Of a stretch of DNA of 64,000 nucleotides, positions 19,351-27,801 are shown in pieces (positions within the stretch are counted from its first letter, which is position 1; the number at the start of each line of letters is the position of its first letter). This DNA comes from an uncultured Parabacteroides sp. (GTDB taxonomy: Bacteria > Bacteroidota > Bacteroidia > Bacteroidales > Tannerellaceae), in assembly GCA_944325355.1 (NCBI GenBank), contig CALUZS010000015.1, forward strand, positions 12,758 to 76,757. The letters run 5' to 3'. Made by a program: the position numbers and the translations under genes. The notes below the pieces were generated by a model. It saw only the letters and a list, made by a program, of their open reading frames with translations, did no database searches and was not told the origin of the DNA.

Positions 19351-21816
19351 TTACAGCGGGTCTACGTCGTAGTGGACGATGACCTGCCGGGAGTCGGGGA
19401 AGAGATTCATCTCCTTTTGCGCCTTGTCGAGCAGCTCGCGCACAAGGTTCACCGAGCTGTTCACCTCCAGCTTCAGCAAAATGGTTTTGATGTACAGCGT
19501 CTGTACGCGGCTCACCGGCGGAGTGACCGGTCCCAGCACCCGGCTGCCGAAGCTTTGCCGGAGCTTCCCGGCGTAGGTCGCGGCGAAGCGGTTGAGCAGT
19601 GCTTCGCTGCGGCTGCGCAACACCAGCGAGATTAGCCGGAAATAGGGCGGATAGCGGAACGCCTTCCGTTCCGTCATCTCCTCCCGTACCATGGAGGTGT
19701 AATCCATAGCCAGCACCTTTTGGATGAGCGGGTGTTCGGTCTGCCGGCTCTGTAACACGACCGTGCCGCGTTTGTCGCCGCGCCCTGCGCGTCCGCTGAC
19801 CTGCACCATGAGCTGGAAAGCCCGTTCGTGGGCGCGGAAATCGGGGTAGTTCATCAGGCTGTCGGCATTCAGGATTCCGACCACGTGCACGTTGCGGAAG
19901 TCGAGCCCCTTGGAAATCATTTGCGTCCCGATGAGGATGCGGATTTCGCCGCTCCCGAAGGCTGCCAAAATCCGTTCGTAGGCGTTTTTCGTCCTTGTGG
20001 TGTCGGTGTCCAGCCGTGCGGCAGGGGCGCCGGGGAAAAGCTCCTTCACGGCTTCCTCCACCTTCTCGGTCCCGAAGCCCAGCATTTGCAGCTCTCCGCC
20101 GCAATCCGGGCAGGCGCGGGGCATCGGTTCCGTGTATCCGCAGTAGTGGCACGCCAGCGCGTCGTGGCGTTTGTGGTAGGAAAGGCTCACATCGCAGTTG
20201 AGGCATTTGGGCACCCAGCCGCAATTCTTGCATTCGATGATAGGGGCGAATCCGCGCCGGTTCTGGAACAGTAGGACTTGCCCCGTCTCGGTGGAGAGCG
20301 TTTCCCGTATCTTTTCGATGAGGACGGGCGAGAACAGCGGATGTTTCATCAGCCGTTTCCGTCTTAGCTCCTTGACGTCTGCCGCGATTATCTCGGGCAG
20401 CAGCGTGCTGCCGTACCGTTTTTTCAGCTCCACCAGCCCGTATTTCCCGCAATGCGCATTGTAGTACGACTCGATGGACGGCGTGGCGGAGCCCAACAGC
20501 GTTTTGGCTCCGTGCATGCAGCCCAGCACGATGGCGGCGTTCCTTGCGTGGTAGCGCGGAGCCGGGTCGTGCTGTTTGTACGACGGGTCGTGCTCCTCGT
20601 CTACGATAACCAGCCCCAGGTTGCTGAAAGGCAGGAAGAGCGACGAGCGTATTCCTAAGACTACAGCCGGCTCTTCCCGGTGCAGCAGCTTGTTCCAAAT
20701 CTCGACCCGTTCGTTGTTGGAGAAGCGGGAATGGTAAACAACCAGCTTGTCCCCGAAGTGGCAGGCAAGGCGTTCGGTCATCTGGGTGGTTATGGCTATC
20801 TCCGGGAGCAGGTAGAGCACCTGTTTCCCTTCCGAGAGCATTTCCTCAATCAGGCGGATGTATATCTCCGTCTTGCCGCTGGAGGTGATGCCGTCCAGCA
20901 GGCAGACCTCTTTCTCCTCGAAGGCTTTCTTTATGGAGCGGAGCGCATCCTCCTGCTCGTCCGACAGTGTGGCAGCCGCCCGGCATGGGGCGGCGTTGTA
21001 GTTTTGCAGCCTGCTGACCTCCTTTTCGTAATACTCCATGATGCCGCGCTTCACCAGGCTGTCGAGGATGGCAGCAGCATGTCCGCTATGTTCCAGCAGC
21101 TCTTTTTTGGAGCACTCATTGGGCGTCCCTTGGTTTGCAGCCCCGCTTAGGTCGAGGTAGACGGTCAGCAAATCCGCCTGTTTTCTGGCTCTTTTCAGCT
21201 GGTCGAGCGCGAGGTGCAGTTGTTCCTCGGAGCGGTATGCTTCCGAAAGGCGGACATACTGCACGGTTTTGGGCGTGAATCCCTTCGCCAGGTCCTCGTT
21301 CAGCACGATTGCCCCGTCCGACATGAGCCGGCTCAACAGGGGGAGGATGTTTTTAATGCCGGTGCACCGTCCCAGTTCGGAGACGGTCATCCGTTTGCCT
21401 TCCCCAAGGCTGTCTAATAAGAGTTGCTCGTTTTGCCGGAGCGGCTTCGCTGCCTCGTAGTGGCTGTTTAGCGTTACAGCCGTTTCGCTTTCCAGCTTCA
21501 GCCCGGTAGGGAGGGCAGCTTTATAGACATCGCCCAGCTTGCAGAGGTAGTAAGATGCCAGCCATTGCCAGAAGCGCAGTTGCGTCTCCCTGATGATGGG
21601 CGCGGCGTCCAGCAGGGCAAATATCTCCTTCAGTTCATAGTCCGTCTGCGGAGTTTCGTCGGTTACATGGAGGACAATCGCCGTGTAGTAGTGCTTTTTG
21701 CCGAAATGGACAACGACACGGCATCCCGGATGGACGCTTTCCTCCAGGTCTGCGGGAATGCGGTAGGTATAACTGTTCTCCAGCGGCAGGGGCAGGATTA
21801 CTTCGGCATATCTCAT
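19351..21816 (-). CDS. priA: Primosomal protein N' (replication restart helicase)
   Basis: MRYAEVILPL start, GITSSGKTE, DEEHD, Cys-rich CKNC/CLNC/CHYC/CPDC, GTQMISKGLDF, QVSGRAGR, ends YDVDPL; start trimmed from 21846. Confidence 0.96.
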   Translation of the reverse strand: MRYAEVILPLPLENSYTYRIPADLEESVHPGCRVVVHFGKKHYYTAIVLHVTDETPQTDYELKEIFALLDAAPIIRETQLRFWQWLASYYLCKLGDVYKAALPTGLKLESETAVTLNSHYEAAKPLRQNEQLLLDSLGEGKRMTVSELGRCTGIKNILPLLSRLMSDGAIVLNEDLAKGFTPKTVQYVRLSEAYRSEEQLHLALDQLKRARKQADLLTVYLDLSGAANQGTPNECSKKELLEHSGHAAAILDSLVKRGIMEYYEKEVSRLQNYNAAPCRAAATLSDEQEDALRSIKKAFEEKEVCLLDGITSSGKTEIYIRLIEEMLSEGKQVLYLLPEIAITTQMTERLACHFGDKLVVYHSRFSNNERVEIWNKLLHREEPAVVLGIRSSLFLPFSNLGLVIVDEEHDPSYKQHDPAPRYHARNAAIVLGCMHGAKTLLGSATPSIESYYNAHCGKYGLVELKKRYGSTLLPEIIAADVKELRRKRLMKHPLFSPVLIEKIRETLSTETGQVLLFQNRRGFAPIIECKNCGWVPKCLNCDVSLSYHKRHDALACHYCGYTEPMPRACPDCGGELQMLGFGTEKVEEAVKELFPGAPAARLDTDTTRTKNAYERILAAFGSGEIRILIGTQMISKGLDFRNVHVVGILNADSLMNYPDFRAHERAFQLMVQVSGRAGRGDKRGTVVLQSRQTEHPLIQKVLAMDYTSMVREEMTERKAFRYPPYFRLISLVLRSRSEALLNRFAATYAGKLRQSFGSRVLGPVTPPVSRVQTLYIKTILLKLEVNSSVNLVRELLDKAQKEMNLFPDSRQVIVHYDVDPL

Positions 21817-21842
21817 ACGTCTCTTCGGGTAAAGCCTGCCGG

Positions 21843-22601
21843 TCAATAGATGTTTTCAAGTTTCCCCATTCCCGTTTTCATCCACTCTTCTGCCTGGGCA
21901 AGTGTCTCCGGCTTCCCGATGTCGAGCAGGTGCAGGTCCTCGGCAACGTATGCCCGGATGTTTGTCTTAGCGCAAACCGACAGGTAGAAATTGATGATGG
22001 AGAAACGTCCGGTCCATTCTTGCAACCAGTCGAATATTTGTGGCGAGAGTACATGTATCCCTCCAAAGGCATATTCCTGATAGTGTGATGGGTCGAAATA
22101 GGGATAGAACGACTTAATCTCTCCCGTCTCCCGGTTTCTCCAGCCGCAGAGTTTGTTGCTCTTGTCGAAAAGGAGATAACGCGAAGTTTCTCTTTGGCTG
22201 ACAAGCAACGTAGCCAGAGGGTTGTTCTCCAAATGGGAATCGTATAGTTTTTTCAGGTCTATGTCTGATATGATGTCTGCATTATGGATTAAGAAAGGCT
22301 CGTCCCCTTGCAGGAATTGCTGTGCCTTTTTAAGTCCGCCGCCGGTATCCAGCAAGTAGTCTTTTTCATCGGATATGAAGATTTGTATTCCGAAGTTGTT
22401 GTTTGCTTTCAGGAAATCTATAATCTGTTCACCCAAATGGTGTATGTTGATGACTATCTGGTCGAATCCGAATGCTTTCAGTTTTAAGATAACGTGTTCA
22501 AGCATCGGTTTCCCGTTTACAGGAATCAACGCTTTAGGCATGTTGTCCGTCAACGGTTTTAGCCGGGAACCAATGCCTGCCGCAAATATCATTGCTTTCA
22601 T
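21843..22601 (-). CDS. Nucleotidyltransferase (MurU-like, NTP_transferase family)
   Basis: MKAMIFAAGIGSRLKPLT, PKALIPV, LLDTGGG, HNADI; ATGA-coupled to the upstream kinase gene. Confidence 0.88.
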   Translation of the reverse strand: MKAMIFAAGIGSRLKPLTDNMPKALIPVNGKPMLEHVILKLKAFGFDQIVINIHHLGEQIIDFLKANNNFGIQIFISDEKDYLLDTGGGLKKAQQFLQGDEPFLIHNADIISDIDLKKLYDSHLENNPLATLLVSQRETSRYLLFDKSNKLCGWRNRETGEIKSFYPYFDPSHYQEYAFGGIHVLSPQIFDWLQEWTGRFSIINFYLSVCAKTNIRAYVAEDLHLLDIGKPETLAQAEEWMKTGMGKLENIY

Positions 22602-24028
22602 AGTTTTGCGTTTAATGTTTGTTCTATATTCTGTTCTCTGTGCGTAAGTATTACCTTCACTCCATATTTCTGGTTCAGGTGTTCTGCCAGGTGCTGTGCG
22701 GAATAGACGGAGCGGTGTTGTCCTCCGGTGCAGCCGAAACAAACCATCAGGTTGGTGAACCCCCTGTCGATATATCTCTTTACCGATTTGTCTACAATCT
22801 GGTAGACATGCTCCAAGAATTGGGTGATTTCTCCGTCATTTTCAAGAAATTGTATTACAGGTTCGTCGAGTCCTGTGAAATGGTTGTACCGCTCATATTT
22901 GCCGGGATTGTTGATTGCCCTGCAATCAAAAACGAAACCTCCCCCGTTACCGCTCGGGTCGTTTGGAATCCCTTTCTTATAGGCGAAGCTTATGATGCGA
23001 ACTTCAAGCGTGCGTTTCGGTATCTCGTTAGTGAACTGTTTCAGGGTAGTCAGTTCTTTCAATATCTTATAAAGGTAAGGATATTCCGGGTAATCTTCTT
23101 GGAGTAATTGCCGGAGGTTGTCGATTGCGAAAGGAACGCTTTGCATGAAGTGGGGTTTCTTTTCGAAATATCCCCGGAATCCGTAAGCCCCTAAGACTTG
23201 CAAGGTCCGGAATAGAACGAAATGCCGCAGCTGGCTCATGAAATAGCTTTCGTCCACCGGCATGTATTTCCGCAGGTTGCAGATGTAGGTCTGTAATAGT
23301 TCCTGGCGGAGCGTGTCGGGGTATTTGGCTTTCGCTTGCCATAAGAACGATGCCACGTCATAATATACCGGGCCTTTTCTCCCTCCCTGGAAATCGATGA
23401 ACCATGGCTGCCCGTCTTTTATCATCACATTGCGCGACTGGAAGTCTCGATACATGAACGTTGCCGAAGAACTACGCAACAGGACATCTGACATCTTCTG
23501 AAAGTCATCTTCAAGGATGTTCTCTTGGAAATCCAAACCTGTGGCTTTTAAAAAGCAATATTTGAAATAGTTCAAATCCCACAAGATAGAACGTTGGTTG
23601 AATTCCGGTTGCGGGTAACAGATGTTGAAGTCGAAACCGTCGGCTCCGGCAAATTGGATGTCAGGAAGCAAAGCGATGGTCTGATGCAGCAGCTCCCTTT
23701 CTTCTTGTGAGAACAGCCCGGTGGAGCGCCCTTTCTCGATGGCATCGAATAGTAAGGTGTCCCCTAAATCTTCTTGAAGATACATGCTCCGGTCGTCTGA
23801 AACGCTGTATACTTCCGGAACGGGTAGCCCTTTCTGCCGGAAGTGTTCCGACATATAGATGAACGCTTCGTTTTCCTCTTTCGAAGTACCGCTTACTCCA
23901 ATGAGAACCTTTTTGCCATTTAATCTGAAGTAACGGCGGTTTGAACCGGATGAGGGCAGTTCTGTTATCCCTTCTGCGTTGTATCCGGTATATTGGTTGT
24001 ATAGATTTTTGAGATTTTCAGTAACCAT
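22598..24028 (-). CDS. APH-family phosphotransferase (AmgK-like) fused to a RapZ C-terminal-like domain
   Basis: SSGSNRRYFR, LQEDLGD, YRDFQSRN, IDFQG kinase motifs; C-terminal ISFAYKKGIP...FVFDCR...FGCTGGQHRSV. Confidence 0.85.
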   Translation of the reverse strand: MVTENLKNLYNQYTGYNAEGITELPSSGSNRRYFRLNGKKVLIGVSGTSKEENEAFIYMSEHFRQKGLPVPEVYSVSDDRSMYLQEDLGDTLLFDAIEKGRSTGLFSQEERELLHQTIALLPDIQFAGADGFDFNICYPQPEFNQRSILWDLNYFKYCFLKATGLDFQENILEDDFQKMSDVLLRSSSATFMYRDFQSRNVMIKDGQPWFIDFQGGRKGPVYYDVASFLWQAKAKYPDTLRQELLQTYICNLRKYMPVDESYFMSQLRHFVLFRTLQVLGAYGFRGYFEKKPHFMQSVPFAIDNLRQLLQEDYPEYPYLYKILKELTTLKQFTNEIPKRTLEVRIISFAYKKGIPNDPSGNGGGFVFDCRAINNPGKYERYNHFTGLDEPVIQFLENDGEITQFLEHVYQIVDKSVKRYIDRGFTNLMVCFGCTGGQHRSVYSAQHLAEHLNQKYGVKVILTHREQNIEQTLNAKL

Positions 24029-24097
24029 ATTATCCGATTTGTAGCACTAAGGTACGACTTAATTTGTAAACTTCCAATGGAGAGGGGATGTTATCGG

Positions 24098-24151
24098 AAA
24101 AAAGCAGGCGGAGATATTCAAAAATATTCCGGATTTTTGAATAAATCCGCC
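24098..24151 (-). terminator. Terminator after serS
   Basis: GGCGGA...ATTCAAAAAT / ATTTTTGAAT...TCCGCC stem; minus strand continues with TGCTTTTTT. Confidence 0.65.
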
Positions 24152-24214
24152 GAGAAAAAATGGAATATATTACATTCGATTTGTGAATGCCTTATTGTTC
24201 TTGTGTGAAACAAA

Positions 24215-25489
24215 CTATTTGATTATGTCGAAGCCAGTATAGGGTACCAATGCTTTCGGTATGCGTATGCCTTCTGGAGTCTGGTTGTTTTCAAGCAACG
24301 CGGCAACGATACGCGGCAATGCCAATGCACTTCCGTTCAAGGTATGGCACAGCTGTATTTTCTTGTTGGCATCGCGGTAACGGCATTTCAAACGGTTTGC
24401 CTGGTAGGTCTCGAAATTGGAGACGGAACTTACTTCCAACCATCGCTTCTGGGCTTCGGAGTATACTTCAAAATCGAAGCAAAGTGCAGCTGTGAAGCTG
24501 ATGTCTCCTCCGCACAGACGGAGAATCCGGTATGGAAGTTCCAGCTTTTTCAGCAAACCTTCTACGTGGTCGAGCATCTCTTGCAAGGAGATATAAGAAT
24601 GTTCCGGTTTATCGATACGTACCAGTTCCACTTTTGAAAATTCGTGCAGGCGGTTCAATCCCCGTACATCTTTCCCGTAGGAACCGGCTTCCCGGCGGAA
24701 ACATTCCGTGTATGCACAATTCTTTATGGGAAGTTGTTTTTCATCGAGAATCACATCGCGGTAAATATTGGTTACGGGAACCTCTGCCGTAGGAATCAAA
24801 TAAAGGTCATCTAAATTACAGTGGTACATCTGACCTTCTTTATCGGGCAACTGGCCTGTTCCGTATCCGGATGCGGCATTGACTACGGTTGGGGGCATGA
24901 CCTCCAAATAGCCTGACGCACGGGCTTCGTCCAAAAAGAAATTAATCAAGGCGCGTTGCAAACGGGCTCCTTGTCCGATGTAGACGGGGAAACCTGCTCC
25001 GGTGATTTTCACGCCGAGGTCGAAGTCAATCAGGTTATATTTTTTTGCCAGTTCCCAATGCGGCAAGGCGTTTTGAGGAAGTTCTGTCTCCATGCCGCCC
25101 ATTTTTTCAACGACGTTGTCTTCAGCCCCGTTACCTTCCGGAACACTTTCGTGGGGAACATTCGGAATGGTGTACAGCAAGTTTCTGACATCTTCCGCTG
25201 CTTTATCCATATCCGCTTGTAGCGTTTTGTTGCTCTCTTTCAGTTCTGCTACCCGTTTCTTGGCGGCTTCTGCATCCTCTTTCTTTCCCTCTTTCATGAA
25301 TGCTCCGATTGATTTGGAAAGCGAGTTGACTTCTGAAAGGTTTTTATCTAATATGTTTTGGATACTACGTCTTTTACTATCTAATTCGAGCACTTTGTCG
25401 ATAGCCTCTTTGGCATTCTTAAAATGCTTTTTCTCCAACCCGGCAATTACTTTGTCGGTCTGCTCAATAATCATTTTCAGAGTCAGCAT
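24215..25489 (-). CDS. serS: Serine--tRNA ligase
   Basis: N-terminal coiled coil, LIPTAEVP, FRREAGSYG, RLHEFSKVE, EVSSVSN, TLNGSALA. Confidence 0.97.
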   Translation of the reverse strand: MLTLKMIIEQTDKVIAGLEKKHFKNAKEAIDKVLELDSKRRSIQNILDKNLSEVNSLSKSIGAFMKEGKKEDAEAAKKRVAELKESNKTLQADMDKAAEDVRNLLYTIPNVPHESVPEGNGAEDNVVEKMGGMETELPQNALPHWELAKKYNLIDFDLGVKITGAGFPVYIGQGARLQRALINFFLDEARASGYLEVMPPTVVNAASGYGTGQLPDKEGQMYHCNLDDLYLIPTAEVPVTNIYRDVILDEKQLPIKNCAYTECFRREAGSYGKDVRGLNRLHEFSKVELVRIDKPEHSYISLQEMLDHVEGLLKKLELPYRILRLCGGDISFTAALCFDFEVYSEAQKRWLEVSSVSNFETYQANRLKCRYRDANKKIQLCHTLNGSALALPRIVAALLENNQTPEGIRIPKALVPYTGFDIIK

Positions 25490-25523
25490 AATCCTATAAC
25501 TTTTGTTTTAAATATTTTGTCGG

Positions 25524-25531
25524 CAAAAATA
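25524..25531 (-). promoter_or_regulatory. -7 promoter box for serS
   Basis: TATTTTTG on minus strand 34 nt upstream of the start. Confidence 0.55.
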
Positions 25532-25583
25532 ATCATTTATCACGAGACCATGAATTGGATTATGGCAAATTCGCACGACTTTT

Positions 25584-26117
25584 TTACTTTACCCGTCCGC
25601 CGCATACCCATGTCCGCAGGTAATATGGCTCATTTAAGTTGCTGACGATAACACCTTTCGAAGAACTGGCATGTAGGAACCGTCCGTTTTTCAGATAAAT
25701 GCCTACGTGGTTTGGCGTTTTCTTCCGTCCGCGTCCGGTGTAAAAAAATACGAGGTCCCCTTCTTGCAATTTTCTTTTGGCAATTTTCCGGCAGTTTTTC
25801 TGTAACTGGTTGCTGACTGTCCGTTGCAATCGTTTCCCATAAATTTCCCGGTAGATGTTCATGACAAGCGCAGAGCAGTCTACTCCTGCCTTGGTTAATC
25901 CTCCCGAGCGATAGCGCGTACCCAACCAATGAGCACCTTCGTTATACAGGAAAATATTGTCGTTCGGAGTGATTCTTACCCCGTATAGGCGGGACAGTTC
26001 TTTTGGCCCTTTGAAGTCTGCCGGAAGGATAATTTGTGCCTGCCTTGTCCCGCAAGCGGTAAAAAGCAGGGATAAAGTGAGAATCAAGATTTTTATCGAG
26101 ACGTTTTTTCGTTTCAT
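25584..26117 (-). CDS. NlpC/P60 (C40) peptidase lipoprotein
   Basis: Lipobox LFTAC, GVDCS, GDLVFF, HVGIY, FLHAS. Confidence 0.92.
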   Translation of the reverse strand: MKRKNVSIKILILTLSLLFTACGTRQAQIILPADFKGPKELSRLYGVRITPNDNIFLYNEGAHWLGTRYRSGGLTKAGVDCSALVMNIYREIYGKRLQRTVSNQLQKNCRKIAKRKLQEGDLVFFYTGRGRKKTPNHVGIYLKNGRFLHASSSKGVIVSNLNEPYYLRTWVCGGRVK

Positions 26118-26134
26118 ACGGCTGAATTTGAAAA

Positions 26135-26142
26135 CAAATGTA
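26135..26142 (-). promoter_or_regulatory. -7 promoter box for the NlpC/P60 gene
   Basis: TACATTTG on minus strand. Confidence 0.55.
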
Positions 26143-26284
26143 AGGAAAATCGGTCGATTTGCTTTTAAGGATGCTGAAAATATTCGGCTGTGTTGTGTTT
26201 TGGCTATTAGGACTGCCGGAATATCAATTTGGAAATTTTAAAAGTGAAAATATATTAAAATACTATTTATCTGACGAAAAGCGT

Positions 26285-26292
26285 TACTTTTG
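26285..26292 (+). promoter_or_regulatory. -7 promoter box for the FKBP pair
   Basis: TACTTTTG 27 nt upstream of ATG 26320. Confidence 0.55.
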
Positions 26293-26319
26293 CATTCCGA
26301 ATAAGGAAAAGAATGTAAA

Positions 26320-26907
26320 ATGGATAAAGTAAGTTATGCTTTAGGCTTAAGTATCGGTAATAATTTCCAGAATTCGGGAATCAACAATTTGGTGGTGGAA
26401 GATTTTATCGACGGATTAAAAGCCGTGTTGTCGGGAGGAAAACCGGCTATCAGTTACGATGAAGCAAAGCAGGTAATTGATGAGTTTTTCGTGAAACTGC
26501 AGAAAGAAAAATTGGAACTTAATAAGAAAGCCGGTGAGGAATTTTTGAATATCAACCGCCATAAAGCAGGGGTTGTGGAACTTCCGAGCGGATTGCAATA
26601 TGAAGTTTTGAAGAAAGGAGAAGGAAAACGTCCGTCTGCGACGGACAAGGTAAAGTGCCATTATCATGGTACTTTAATTAACGGTACGGTTTTCGACAGT
26701 TCGATACAGCGGGGCGAGCCGGCTGTGTTTGGCGTTTCGCAAGTGATTCCCGGATGGGTGGAAGCACTTCAGCTGATGGAGGTCGGTTCAAAATGGCGTC
26801 TGTTTATTCCGTCTGATTTGGCTTATGGCGAACATGGGGCGGGGAACTTGATAGAACCGAACAGTACTTTAATATTTGATGTGGAATTATTGGATATAGT
26901 AAAATAA
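26320..26907 (+). CDS. FKBP-type peptidyl-prolyl isomerase
   Basis: FKBP_N (SYALG) plus HYHGTLINGTVFDSS, VIPGWVEAL, LAYG. Confidence 0.95.
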   Translation: MDKVSYALGLSIGNNFQNSGINNLVVEDFIDGLKAVLSGGKPAISYDEAKQVIDEFFVKLQKEKLELNKKAGEEFLNINRHKAGVVELPSGLQYEVLKKGEGKRPSATDKVKCHYHGTLINGTVFDSSIQRGEPAVFGVSQVIPGWVEALQLMEVGSKWRLFIPSDLAYGEHGAGNLIEPNSTLIFDVELLDIVK

Positions 26908-26927
26908 AAACAATTAGAAAAACTAAG

Positions 26928-27656
26928 ATGAAAAAGTTTGTAGTATTAGCTTTTACGGCAACGATTGCATTAGGGGTCTCTTTGACTTCTTGCAATACTA
27001 AAGGGGGTAATGTACGTTTGAGCTCTCCGGTAGATACCGCTGCGTATGCAATTGGTGTAGCAAATGGAGAAGGTTTCCGGATGATGCTGGAATCTTTCCC
27101 GGGAGAGGAACTTGATGTCGACAAATTATTGGCTGGTTTGGAAGCAGCCTTAAAAGGGGACTCGTCATCTATGAAAATGACAAGTGCAGAAGCCCGCGAC
27201 TTCTTGAATGAATACGTTATGTTGGCGCAGATAAAGGAAGCTGAAAAGAACCAGAAGGCAAGTGAAGCTTTCCTTGAGAAGAATAAAAAAGAGGCAGGAG
27301 TGATAACAACTGAAAGCGGATTGCAGTATAAAGTTGTAAAAGAGGGAACAGGGGCAAAACCAACTCTCGAGGACCGTGTGAAAGTTCATTATACCGGTAC
27401 TACGATGGAAGGCAAGGTTTTCGATTCGACTTCCGGTCGTAAGGAACCTGCTGAGCTGGGTTTGAAACAGGTAATAAAAGGATGGCAGGAAGGTATTCAG
27501 ATGATGTCGGTAGGTTCTAAATATATTTTCTGGATTCCTTCTAACTTGGCTTATGGAGCACAAGGCGCCGGACGTGATATCAAACCGAATAGTGCGTTGA
27601 AATTTGAAGTTGAGCTGGTTGATATTGTTAAGCCGGATGCAAATAAAAAGAAGTAA
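26928..27656 (+). CDS. FKBP-type peptidyl-prolyl isomerase (lipoprotein)
   Basis: Lipobox LTSC, HYTGT, VFDS, VIKGWQEG, LAYG. Confidence 0.93.
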   Translation: MKKFVVLAFTATIALGVSLTSCNTKGGNVRLSSPVDTAAYAIGVANGEGFRMMLESFPGEELDVDKLLAGLEAALKGDSSSMKMTSAEARDFLNEYVMLAQIKEAEKNQKASEAFLEKNKKEAGVITTESGLQYKVVKEGTGAKPTLEDRVKVHYTGTTMEGKVFDSTSGRKEPAELGLKQVIKGWQEGIQMMSVGSKYIFWIPSNLAYGAQGAGRDIKPNSALKFEVELVDIVKPDANKKK

Positions 27657-27690
27657 AGCGATAAGGTAATATATAATACAGCAGTAAGAA

Positions 27691-27727
27691 ACGGGGGCTG
27701 TCTCAATTTTTCTTGGGACAGCCCCGT
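27691..27727. terminator. Hairpin between convergent FKBP and ABC-F genes
   Basis: ACGGGG-GCTGTCTCAA ... TTGGGACAGC-CCCGT stem. Confidence 0.6.
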
Positions 27728-27801
27728 CCGTATCCGGGATATTATATCCTGTTTCTGCAAATCGCCATTTGTCCGGATGTGACAAGCTCTCTTGTCAATG
27801 G

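Noticed and set aside
19295-20698. 467-aa alternative-frame ORF overlapping priA
   Set aside because: Arg/Ala/Pro-rich shadow ORF explained by the high GC of priA
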